DNA of 40,112 nucleotides from Eubacteriales bacterium (GTDB lineage: Bacteria > Bacillota > Clostridia > Oscillospirales > CAG-272), in the NCBI GenBank assembly GCA_045629765.1, contig JAZQRW010000159.1:1-40112 (forward strand). The letters run 5' to 3'. Shown here in pieces: positions 34,301 to 40,112 of the stretch. A program made the position numbers and the translations under genes. The notes under the pieces were generated by a model. That model was not told where the DNA came from, did no database searches, and was given only the letters and a program-made list of their open reading frames with translations. The stretch's first letter is position 1. Each line of letters opens with the position of its first letter.

Positions 34301-36237
34301 ACGTTTACAGAAACGGTCTTAAGGTAAGCGAAATCAAGGCACTCCTTGGCGACGTTCGTGTTATAAGAAATAACGCTATTCTTGCAGACAGCGCAACCGT
34401 GGCAATAGGCGACGTTATAGTAGCGTATTCAAGGGGTGGCGCACCATTCGAGGTGACTTACACCTACTACACAGTATCAAGCTATGAGAACAGCTACCAC
34501 TTCAACGGTGCAAACGCACTTGATATCGTAAGCGGTACAGCTCCTGTAACTCCAGGTATTGCGGGTATTGCCGGTAAGGAAGAAAGCGACCTCGTTTACC
34601 ACGTAAACGGTGCGACAACGGAGGGCACGGGATATGCAAGACTCTTCCAGAACAGCTTCTCAGATAGCGCAAAGGGACTTTATCACAAGTACTCGATGAG
34701 CATTCTCTTTAACAACGCAGATTCAGGTGTACAGATAAGACTCGGTGTATTCATTAACGGAGGTGACTTTAAGGAAATCGTATTCCATATCAGAGGCAAC
34801 GGCGTGTACTTCTCTACCTCATTAGGTGCGACGGTAACGAAAGCAAACGGTACTGATTACTCAGGCGGCACGGTTAAGCTTGCAAACGCACTCTCGTTTG
34901 GTGAATGGCACGACATCGGCGCATATCTTATCGCAGGTGACAACGGCTACGTAACAAGCGCTGTACTCTCGGTTGACGGTGTCGAATACGAAATTACTAT
35001 CGCAGACGGCAGCGTACATTCAATCCGTCACGCAAGACTCTATTGGAATACGTCAAGCAACACAGACATCTACGTTGACAACGTTACATATTCTAAGAGC
35101 GCATCTTACATCTACTCGCCCGAAGAGCAGAAAGCGCCCGTTATCAACGTTCCTGCATCTGCCGGTACGTACGAGGGCGGTGTGCTCGAGCTTAGCAGCA
35201 AAACGATGACGGTTGGCGAGCTTAAGGCGATACTCGGCGAGAATATCAGAGTTTACCGCAATTACCACACATCAAGAGCTCTCCTTACAGACACCGATAC
35301 GCTTACAAACGGTGATATCATCGTAGCTTATGCATATAACGGCTCAGAGTTTGAAAGAGCTTATTCGTACGCTTGCGTTATGATTGCTAAGAAAGTTTTT
35401 GCTCCTCTTAGTCAGAATATAACTCTTCACTCCAAGTTCACTGTGAATATATATATTCCTACGTACGTTGATCTTACCGTCAATACGCTCTACGTAAACG
35501 GCGTTGCACTCACAGACAGCGAAATTGCCAAGATTATGTCAAAGACAACTATTGTTGACGGCACGCTATGCTACGTATACTCAATCAGCGTTTCTCCTGA
35601 ATGCGCCGCTGATGAATATAAGATAACGATGAAGTCCGGTGCAATCTCGATAAGCGGTGAGCAGCTATATTACAGCTGGATCACATCTATTCCAATGCAG
35701 GCATCTACTATCATTAACGGTGAATACTCAAATAGCACGAAGCAGCTTATGGTAGATACCATTGAATACATCAAGGCATTATATACCTACGTTGGTAAGC
35801 AAATACCTGACTCACTGAATATCAACTACGGCACACTCGCTCCTACGGCGAGCTTAGATATGACAGAGGAAATTTGTACTGTAGAAGAATTCGAAGGTAT
35901 CAAGGCGGCTTGCCTTAACCTTGCTACGATGCCAAAAATAAGATTCATATTCGAGCGCACGTTTCAAGCAAGCAGCGTAAAGATAAACGGTACTGAATGC
36001 GAGCTTATCGCAGGAATAAACGAAAACGGTGAGAATATTCTCTACGTTCAATTTGCAATACCTGCTCACACGCTTGCCCAAAACGTAACTCTTACCATCG
36101 ACGGCGTAAGCAAGTATTACAATCTGTCCGCATACTATAACGGTATCAAGGACACAAGTGCTAAGACACTCGTAGAGTGCATCTACAAGTATTCCCTCTC
36201 AGCAAAGGCGTACTATAATGAGCATGGAGATGCTTAA
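28270..36237 (+). CDS. Giant secreted multidomain GH95-like glycosidase (2655 aa)
   Basis: Uninterrupted 7968-nt ORF with RBS AAGAGG. It has an N-terminal signal peptide, a region paralogous to the upstream gene, an Fn3, two discoidin-like modules, three LamG-like repeat modules and an unknown C-terminus (see sub-features). Confidence 0.92.
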   Translation: MKAYSISNRITSLAICLAMLISLVASTGLVSFAIDVAPEAESYKQKDYRLQFDVEAPFGNEYDISFLTSVDHTNDGWERWSMPIGNGYGGAVVFGRTETERVQLTEKTYGNCYYHYFEGVGNKSLGGIQNFADLYLDFDHPFDEVTDYYRYLDLSTGVITVEYVYEGVKYTREYFMSYPDQAVVIKLSASVPGTLDVTVRPEIPYLGHVYKELNGQPIDDGALRTGELNAYVDGTNGVIDLGGHLQYYNITCAGQFKVIPEGQSSSISAYNDPNAQTAPKDDEVFYTGKGSTITVNDADSVVLMVTMTTDYTLAEEIFTTEDHSQKIDALKAAGKYVSAEDKLTAILNGLEGKSYETLKATHIADHGEIFNRVTFDLGGESSLMTDELVNTYGYSTGANGEYTDSDHKRDLYLEEILFAYGRYLQIASSRENTLPSNLQGTWTRYQLSPWGCGMWHNINEQQNYWASFTTNMYETFEPYINYWYAYLPQVEKATSSMVQSKFPDQYDPNGENGWSIVTGASAYYVNSQQSLGNLGLTLPMFWDYYEYSGDREKLQTAFEALYGAAAFMTKAVVYVDGLYLSANGDSAEQYVNGQWYYTEGTTYDQAALYYVGSKALEAAKLLGYTAEDYPILATIEEQIDKYDYSPIGYSGQLKEFREEDYYGDLGEWDHRHISQLIGLYPGDVINSNTPAWLDAAKYSLVERDCSGQMKGAHGVVHRLPAWARVKDGENAYLMVQDFINVYVATNLWNCSAMWQIDGNLGYTGGLVEMILQSHEGYIEVIPAIPDAWSTGSFSGMVARGNFEVSASWADGLTSQIEILSNNGGEVSLKLQNSTGVKVWCDGRAVSYTDKGNDIISFNTEKGKSYIISNFTPKSESNAPSSFEVKAQNGLNVTLGWTASNTATSYNLYKADGSDATYTLIATVPAGTTSYTYTLANSNEFNERRTYRITAVNADGVESEALLCYTVPTIEAITATLLPNGKVEISAYPEEDYSVIGYSYYVKKVGSSEYTLLADSEYPTYYVDNHENGDTYGVVLHSHPTEHKKTGITVGDRVITSPIMPVSPIRGASGNALENKLMGLENGFAYLGGTKANVKSLTDGNKQTKLTSYAISGTNAISGNVRSMTLYADLEGMYYYSYLRIYDKELGSESHLESVKIETYYQGAWTTVCTYNPTSDDKLYFDVDLTGVKGSKIRLTVTGTTNSFALYEIELSASPHNEAPTPTNVYENNLLLGNKAEVVSGTAHSVYTVEALTDGNFHVHGGRFTSLTNSVSILMDLGGYCNLDTLTIHDFYQSATTIGEFTVEIFNGIEWVTVYDAKTLDGKIESNARRETSMSMDNVTASQIKITFVGTTTPSLYEIECSGTRLGTSEYEYRYTKEEVLKFLGELDAKDLSGFIPAYVEAVKTYRDNAIAALSSQTSTGDDISLVAKNLKTAIQMIEENAFDLLIPEDNINNGSAMIKDVIYNVSGGASEPDVEIATGVGGKSESDTVYHIIDKDSYINIPGSNMLSGAYNLEYEILLGDASSSMLTQMGWYVDKEVSAMRYFTMINVGSNGVTLTEIGGNGLAEIFASIDGNPVTEGYVVDGSIKVGEWNRIAIVAVTDNETGYIESFKLYVNGNEHTIVFKEQFQFKSANGDGTFPADAAAVPHDIIGIATTRLYYDRNTQDVPNVYLDNVVIKLTATSAYNPARDAKPTLTVYNTDNWSLVGNTLLMLTSSRTVAELRADLSRNIRVLRNGVELEAHQLVEKGDVIVVYTTNGRDYERAYSYYTIDKRVVTFDNVKDGTGSLGVYTDEALYVTSVGGVGGKAENDYSYFINGFNTSGAFIAFDQFVTKDVFTLEHNVLVGNSTTIFRYQFSLYNDSNATFFPYIYFKDNGVYLGNSTGSTADNAGIIESIDGVPFAEYNSSYKIADNLNVGQWYKIAMVITSDNDGYLDTIKLYINGEEHIIKLVSGIYTPRYLRLVYDQSSNIQLYIDNLFTRVEKSFASYSNKQDIPVNKDANLDTLVLEDGGAYVYRNGLKVSEIKALLGDVRVIRNNAILADSATVAIGDVIVAYSRGGAPFEVTYTYYTVSSYENSYHFNGANALDIVSGTAPVTPGIAGIAGKEESDLVYHVNGATTEGTGYARLFQNSFSDSAKGLYHKYSMSILFNNADSGVQIRLGVFINGGDFKEIVFHIRGNGVYFSTSLGATVTKANGTDYSGGTVKLANALSFGEWHDIGAYLIAGDNGYVTSAVLSVDGVEYEITIADGSVHSIRHARLYWNTSSNTDIYVDNVTYSKSASYIYSPEEQKAPVINVPASAGTYEGGVLELSSKTMTVGELKAILGENIRVYRNYHTSRALLTDTDTLTNGDIIVAYAYNGSEFERAYSYACVMIAKKVFAPLSQNITLHSKFTVNIYIPTYVDLTVNTLYVNGVALTDSEIAKIMSKTTIVDGTLCYVYSISVSPECAADEYKITMKSGAISISGEQLYYSWITSIPMQASTIINGEYSNSTKQLMVDTIEYIKALYTYVGKQIPDSLNINYGTLAPTASLDMTEEICTVEEFEGIKAACLNLATMPKIRFIFERTFQASSVKINGTECELIAGINENGENILYVQFAIPAHTLAQNVTLTIDGVSKYYNLSAYYNGIKDTSAKTLVECIYKYSLSAKAYYNEHGDA
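28400..30890 (+). other. GH95-like catalytic region of the giant protein
   Basis: Collinear with the 25431-28232 product: MPIGNGYGGAV...RVQLTE, NLQGTWT...WHNINEQQNYW, GDSAEQY and WQIDGNLGYTGGLVEMILQSHEG. Confidence 0.8.
30901..31170 (+). other. Fn3-like domain
   Basis: APSSFEVKAQNGLNVTLGWTASNTATSYNLYKADG...YRITAVNADGVESEALLCYTVP; it parallels the C-terminus of the upstream paralog. Confidence 0.7.
31459..31905 (+). other. F5/8 type C (discoidin/CBM32-like) module 1
   Basis: ...VKSLTDGNKQTKLTSY...IRLTVTGTTNSFALYEIELSA, the typical discoidin start and end signatures. Confidence 0.6.
31906..32355 (+). other. F5/8 type C (discoidin/CBM32-like) module 2
   Basis: ...VEALTDGNFHVHGGRFTS...IKITFVGTTTPSLYEIECSG. 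Confidence 0.6.
32611..33576 (+). repeat. Protein-level repeat module R1 (LamG/concanavalin-like domain plus ~60-aa beta-rich domain)
   Basis: GVGGKSESDTVYHI...VGEWNRIAIVAVTDNETGYIESFKLYVNGNEH...VYLDNVVI...TVAELRADLSRNIRVLRNG...GDVIVVYTTNGRDYERAYSYYTI. Confidence 0.7.
33577..34476 (+). repeat. Protein-level repeat module R2
   Basis: GVGGKAENDYSYFI...VGQWYKIAMVITSDNDGYLDTIKLYINGEEH...LYIDNLFT...KVSEIKALLGDVRVIRNN...GDVIVAYSRGGAPFEVTYTYYTV. Confidence 0.7.
34477..35379 (+). repeat. Protein-level repeat module R3
   Basis: GIAGKEESDLVYHV...FGEWHDIGAYLIAGDNGYVTSAVLSVDGVEY...IYVDNVTY...TVGELKAILGENIRVYRNY...GDIIVAYAYNGSEFERAYSYACV. Confidence 0.7.
35380..36234 (+). other. C-terminal ~285-aa region of unknown type
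   Basis: No LPxTG, SLH, dockerin-like, choline-binding or C-terminal TM pattern is visible. Sequence includes ...FTVNIYIPTYVDLTVNTLYVNGVAL...KYSLSAKAYYNEHGDA. Confidence 0.5.
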
Positions 36238-36282
36238 AACGAAAAATGCGGGTTTTCCTTGAAAACTCGCTCAACAAAAACC

Positions 36283-36320
36283 GGGGTATTGTGCTAAGCG
36301 CAGTACCCCTTAATTTTTTT
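36283..36320 (+). terminator. Rho-independent terminator after the giant gene
   Basis: Stem GGGGTA (36283-36288) with TACCCC (36304-36309), internal partial pairing, then TTAATTTTTTT. Confidence 0.7.
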
Positions 36321-36331
36321 GCTTATTACTA

Positions 36332-36360
36332 TTGATTTTACTTTACGCGTGTGATAAAAT
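36332..36360 (+). promoter_or_regulatory. Putative sigma-A promoter of the atp operon
   Basis: TTGATT (36332-36337), a 17-nt spacer, then TGaTAAAAT with the hexamer at 36355-36360. Confidence 0.55.
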
Positions 36361-36416
36361 GTAAATATATTTTTTAAATGATGAATATACGTCTATATTA
36401 ACAAAAGAGGGAAAAA

Positions 36417-36749
36417 ATGAAAAACGAGCTGACAGAGGGAGTTAAGGTACTTAATATAGTATTACAAAGCTTTTTCTCGTTGATATTAGATATTTTCGTT
36501 TCTGTCGGACTTGGTTGGCTCTTGGTTGAGAAGCTCGGCGCTCCCGATTGGACGTACGCCGTGATAATTGTTATCGGCGTATTGATAGGGCTTTTGTCAA
36601 TGCTGAGATTCATTCTTACTGCTCTCGGTAATATGGAAAAAATCGAGAGGGATAGACAAAAAGAGCAACAGGAAAAGATAAATAAGGAAAAAAAGCAAAG
36701 AGAGCTACGCGACTTCTTTAAAAACGGTAATAAGGAAAGAGAGGAATAG
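36417..36749 (+). CDS. AtpZ/AtpR-like small membrane protein of the ATP synthase operon, with a Lys/Glu-rich tail
   Basis: 110 aa. Two hydrophobic helices are followed by EKIERDRQKEQQEKINKEKKQRELRDFF. Assignment rests on its position as first gene of the atp operon and is positional plus compositional. Confidence 0.6.
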   Translation: MKNELTEGVKVLNIVLQSFFSLILDIFVSVGLGWLLVEKLGAPDWTYAVIIVIGVLIGLLSMLRFILTALGNMEKIERDRQKEQQEKINKEKKQRELRDFFKNGNKEREE

Positions 36750-36751
36750 CA

Positions 36752-37225
36752 TTGGATAATAAACAGACAACGCTTAAGGCTAACTTCGAAGCCACAGGCA
36801 TAATGGCGATAGGTGAAGGCGTCGTATCGCTTATAACGGTAATCGTATACTTGATAATCGGTAAGTTTGACTATACCGTACTCCTTGGCGCATTACTCGG
36901 CGCTGTGGTTATGGTAGCAAATATGCTCTTCCTTTCAATATCGGTAAACAACGCAGTGAATAAATACCTTGCGCTCCGCGGTGACAAGGAGCTTAGCGAC
37001 GAGGAAGCAGAGGAATTTAACAGTAAGCACGGTATGATGGTACAGAATGCAGTTTCGTTCTCATACGTTGTAAGAACACTGAGCTTAATCGGCGCATTGG
37101 TCATAGCGTTCGCTCTTACCAATGTATTCAGCCCACTTCCCTGCGCAATCACACTGCTTGCATACAGACCGATTATATACGTTAGCGAGATTGTGCGCGC
37201 AAAGCTTAAGAAGGGAGAGGAATGA
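36752..37225 (+). CDS. atpI: ATP synthase protein I (AtpI-like)
   Basis: 157 aa from a TTG start with RBS GAGAGGAA. Four hydrophobic helices, immediately upstream of atpB. The start codon is uncertain. Confidence 0.6.
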   Translation: MDNKQTTLKANFEATGIMAIGEGVVSLITVIVYLIIGKFDYTVLLGALLGAVVMVANMLFLSISVNNAVNKYLALRGDKELSDEEAEEFNSKHGMMVQNAVSFSYVVRTLSLIGALVIAFALTNVFSPLPCAITLLAYRPIIYVSEIVRAKLKKGEE

Positions 37226-37226
37226 T

Positions 37227-37997
37227 ATGGATTTAAACGTAACGGGCCCTAAGATACTATTTAGTATTGAATTGCCCTTTATGACGCTTAATATTACGGA
37301 AACAACTCTGTCACTCCTAGTAGTAACCTTAGGAATTATGATAGCGGCATTCGTGCTGACAAGAAAAATTACCAAGCGTCCCTCTCGCTCACAAGTAATT
37401 GTGGAAAAGATTGTGGATATGCTCTATAACGTCGTTGGCGACACTATGGGTAGACACAATTTAAAGTTTGCGCCGTATATCGGCACTCTCTTCGTAACTC
37501 TTTTGTTCGGTACGCTTATCGGAACGACGCAGGTCTTCCGCTCAACGACTGCCGACCTCTCTGTTACAATGGCATTTGCGCTTATCACCACCGGTATGGT
37601 GTGGTATAACAGTATTAAGAACTTTGGATTTAAGGCGTGGCTTAAGGGCTTTACAGAGCCTATCGCGGTTATGACGCCTATGAATATCGTTAGCGAGATT
37701 GCAACACCCGTTTCACTCGCATTCCGTCACTTCGGTAACGTTGCGGGCGGCTCGGTATTGACAGCGCTTATCTATGGCGCTCTCTCCGCGCTCTCCTCTC
37801 TTATCTTCGGCTGGATACCGGGTATTATCGGACAGATTCCGTTTATGCAGGTCGGTATTCCCGCATTTCTCTCCATCTACTTTGACCTATTCTCAGGCTT
37901 CGTACAGGCGTTCGTATTCATTCTTCTTACAATGATTTACGTAGGCGCAGCGTGCCCTGACCCTGCAGAATTGGCAAAGGAAAATTCGGATAAATAA
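37227..37997 (+). CDS. atpB: F-type ATP synthase subunit a
   Basis: The track ORF starts at 37122, inside atpI. The ATG at 37227 follows RBS GGGAGAGG and gives [17 protein letters not shown]. Has the conserved stator arginine context [13 protein letters not shown]. Confidence 0.9.
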   Translation: MDLNVTGPKILFSIELPFMTLNITETTLSLLVVTLGIMIAAFVLTRKITKRPSRSQVIVEKIVDMLYNVVGDTMGRHNLKFAPYIGTLFVTLLFGTLIGTTQVFRSTTADLSVTMAFALITTGMVWYNSIKNFGFKAWLKGFTEPIAVMTPMNIVSEIATPVSLAFRHFGNVAGGSVLTALIYGALSALSSLIFGWIPGIIGQIPFMQVGIPAFLSIYFDLFSGFVQAFVFILLTMIYVGAACPDPAELAKENSDK

Positions 37998-38044
37998 TTT
38001 TAGAAATAAAAATAAAAACACAAAATCTTAGGAGGATTTTAAAA

Positions 38045-38278
38045 ATGGATGCATTAGCAGCAAAATTACTTGGCGCAGGTCTTTGTATGGGTATCGGAGC
38101 TATCGGTCCCGCTATCGGTGAGGGTATCGCAGTTAGTAAGGCTCTTGAGGCTATGGCTCGTCAGCCCGAAATGGCAGGTACACTCAGAACTAATATGATT
38201 CTTGGTTGTGCAATCACCGAGACAACCGGTATTTACTCCCTCGTTATCTCACTCCTTCTTCTCTTTATGAATTTCTGA
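38045..38278 (+). CDS. atpE: F-type ATP synthase subunit c
   Basis: 77-aa hairpin proteolipid with the loop ARQPE and the carboxylate helix [14 protein letters not shown]. Confidence 0.93.
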   Translation: MDALAAKLLGAGLCMGIGAIGPAIGEGIAVSKALEAMARQPEMAGTLRTNMILGCAITETTGIYSLVISLLLLFMNF

Positions 38279-38327
38279 TTAGTAAATCAACTAATAAAGC
38301 AAAAAGCATAAAAAGGAAAGGTTAACT

Positions 38328-38852
38328 ATGACACTTCAGTTTATTTTAGACGCAGAGCCATTCGTAGGCTTTAACGTCTTCACAATGATTTTTGCGTGGT
38401 GTAACCTTCTTATTCTCTATTTATTCTTAAAAAAGCTGCTCTTCAAGCCTATCAAGAATATGATAGACTCAAGGCAAAAGGAAATCGACGATATGTACGA
38501 CGATGCGGAGAGCTCCAAGAATGCCGCAGCCGAAATGAAGAATGAATATGAAGCAAGACTCAAGAATGCAAACGACGAGAGTGATGAGATTATAAAGAAT
38601 GCTATCAGAAAGGCTCAGCTTCGTGAGGAGGAAATTCTCAGTGAAGCAAGAGCAGAGGCAGACAAAACTCTCGAACGTGCTCATGCACAGATTGAGCTTG
38701 AGAAAAAGCACGCCATAAATCAGGTAAAGGAGCAGGTCTCAGGACTTGCTATCGACATTGCCGAGGCAATTATCGAAAGAGATATAAATGAAAGCGAGCA
38801 TAAGTCCTTAATCGATTCCTTCATCGACGAGGTGGGTGAGGATAATGAGTGA
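38328..38852 (+). CDS. atpF: F-type ATP synthase subunit b
   Basis: 174 aa. One N-terminal TM helix followed by a long charged coiled-coil (EYEARLKNANDESDEIIKNAIRKAQLREEE...). Confidence 0.88.
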   Translation: MTLQFILDAEPFVGFNVFTMIFAWCNLLILYLFLKKLLFKPIKNMIDSRQKEIDDMYDDAESSKNAAAEMKNEYEARLKNANDESDEIIKNAIRKAQLREEEILSEARAEADKTLERAHAQIELEKKHAINQVKEQVSGLAIDIAEAIIERDINESEHKSLIDSFIDEVGEDNE

Positions 38853-39378
38853 CATTAAGGATTATGGAAGAGCCCTATTTGAGCTCGCCAAGGAGAACGG
38901 CGACGTAGAGAAGGTTTACAGCGACGTAGGTGCCGTAATCGCTATCATTAAAAACAACCCCGAATATTGCCTTATCCTAAACTCCCCTACTCTTTCTAAG
39001 GAAGAGAAGCGAGGAATGATAAGCGAGGCATTCGGCTCTTTGGATGAGAACTTATGCAATCTTTTAAAATTACTCTCAGACAAGAGAATGGCACACACGT
39101 ATACCACCGCGCTCACAGGATATACGGACGAATATGACGTATATATGGGTATTTTGCGCGTTGACGCGGTGACGGTTAGCCCGTTAAGTGCTGAGCAGAA
39201 TGATAGGCTCGTTAAAAAGTTAGAGGCAAAGACAGGCAAAAAAATAGTTATAAACAACATAATTGACGCTAGTATATTGGGCGGAATTAAGCTGCGCTAC
39301 GACGGTATTCAGCTTGACGGCTCAATCAAGACCAGGCTCGATAAGCTTGCCCAGAGTCTTGGCAATATTGTAATGTAA
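38845..39378 (+). CDS. atpH: F-type ATP synthase subunit delta (OSCP)
   Basis: The ATG at 38845 overlaps the atpF end by 8 nt (the track starts at a GTG at 38836). About 177 aa, reading MSDIKDYGRALFELA...ILGGIKLRYDGIQLDGSIKTRL, typical of delta subunits. Confidence 0.88.
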   Translation: MSDIKDYGRALFELAKENGDVEKVYSDVGAVIAIIKNNPEYCLILNSPTLSKEEKRGMISEAFGSLDENLCNLLKLLSDKRMAHTYTTALTGYTDEYDVYMGILRVDAVTVSPLSAEQNDRLVKKLEAKTGKKIVINNIIDASILGGIKLRYDGIQLDGSIKTRLDKLAQSLGNIVM

Positions 39379-39402
39379 AACCTATATAAAGTTGGTGAAA
39401 AA

Positions 39403-40112
39403 ATGCAGTCAAGAATTGATGATATTACAAAAATCATAAAAGAACAAATAAAGAATTACCAAAAGCAGACCGTACAGGACGAGGTAGGATACGTTATCTC
39501 AGTCGGTGACGGTATCGCAAAGGTATACGGTATTGATAAGTGTCAGGCAAACGAGCTGCTTGAATTTACAGGCGGTGTGTTCGGTATGGCACTTAACCTC
39601 GAAGAGAGCTTTATCAGCTGCGTTCTTCTCGGTAACGACTCCGGCATCAGTGAGGGCAGTATCGTAAAGCGCACGGGTAAAATCGTATCCGTTCCCGTTG
39701 GCGAATGCCTTATCGGCAGAGTAGTAAACGCACTCGGTGTTGCCATCGACGGCAAGGGCGCAATCGAGAGTGATATATACAATCCCATTGAACGCCCTGC
39801 ATACGGTATTATCGAAAGAAAGAGCGTTTCAGTTCCTCTTCAGACCGGTATTAAGGCAATAGACTCTATGATTCCTATCGGCAGAGGTCAAAGAGAGCTT
39901 ATTATCGGCGACAGACAGACAGGTAAGACGGTTATCGCAACCGATACAATTATCAACCAGAGGGGCAAGGACGTAATCTGTATCTACGTAGCAATAGGAC
40001 AGAAGCAGTCTACAGTTGCCAAGGTGGTTGACACACTCGCCAAGGCGGGCGCTATGGACTACACTATCGTAGTATCCGCTACCGCCTCTGAGCCTGCACC
40101 TCTTCAGTACAT
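39403..40112 (+). CDS. atpA: F-type ATP synthase subunit alpha (N-terminal ~236 aa; runs off the window)
   Basis: Not in the ORF track. Manual translation gives [20 protein letters not shown]...[15 protein letters not shown]...[27 protein letters not shown] (Walker A)...[12 protein letters not shown]. Confidence 0.93.
   Translation, partial: MQSRIDDITKIIKEQIKNYQKQTVQDEVGYVISVGDGIAKVYGIDKCQANELLEFTGGVFGMALNLEESFISCVLLGNDSGISEGSIVKRTGKIVSVPVGECLIGRVVNALGVAIDGKGAIESDIYNPIERPAYGIIERKSVSVPLQTGIKAIDSMIPIGRGQRELIIGDRQTGKTVIATDTIINQRGKDVICIYVAIGQKQSTVAKVVDTLAKAGAMDYTIVVSATASEPAPLQY

Noticed and set aside
1-40112. Mobile elements, CRISPR arrays, tRNA/rRNA genes, or defence/toxin-antitoxin modules
   Set aside because: I found no direct-repeat/spacer arrays, no integrase, transposase or recombinase-like ORFs, no terminal inverted repeats, and no cloverleaf-capable intergenic segments. 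All intergenic gaps are short and are explained by promoters and terminators.

Overview
This 40.1-kb window looks like gene-dense chromosomal DNA from a Firmicutes/Clostridia anaerobe; codon usage, sigma-A-type promoters and the gene set resemble Oscillospiraceae/Ruminococcus, but that placement is inference. I saw no rRNA, tRNA, CRISPR array, transposase, integrase or prophage remnant. Gene order, left to right:
- typA/bipA (partial, minus strand).
- A four-gene tandem array of paralogous, signal-peptide-less Fn3-like + BNR/Asp-box sialidase-fold proteins (minus). It has one promoter carrying a perfect palindrome and one terminator.
- serC, a MATE efflux gene and xth (minus).
- An orphan polytopic membrane protein followed by trmO (plus).
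- asnS plus a small membrane protein (minus).
- An operon of two uncharacterised membrane proteins translationally coupled to a membrane-anchored M20 peptidase (plus).
- topB (minus).
- A nucleoside salvage/catabolism operon, tdk-deoC-deoD-deoB-cdd-udp (plus).
- A GH95-like glycosidase without a signal peptide, followed by a 2655-aa secreted multidomain paralog: GH95-like region, Fn3, two discoidin-like modules, three LamG-like repeat modules and an unknown C-terminus (plus).
- The start of an F-type ATP synthase operon, atpZ-like, atpI, atpB, atpE, atpF, atpH and partial atpA (plus). Its c subunit carries a Na+-type two-carboxylate ion-binding signature.

typA and atpA are absent from the ORF track because they run off the window edges, so I translated them by hand. 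Several track ORFs are over-extended at the N-terminus and are corrected here using RBS and promoter positions.

The best candidates for something undescribed are the cytoplasmic four-paralog sialidase-fold array, the membrane/membrane/M20 operon, and the giant GH95-like protein with its triplicated module. None can be called novel from sequence alone; each needs database and structure searches.
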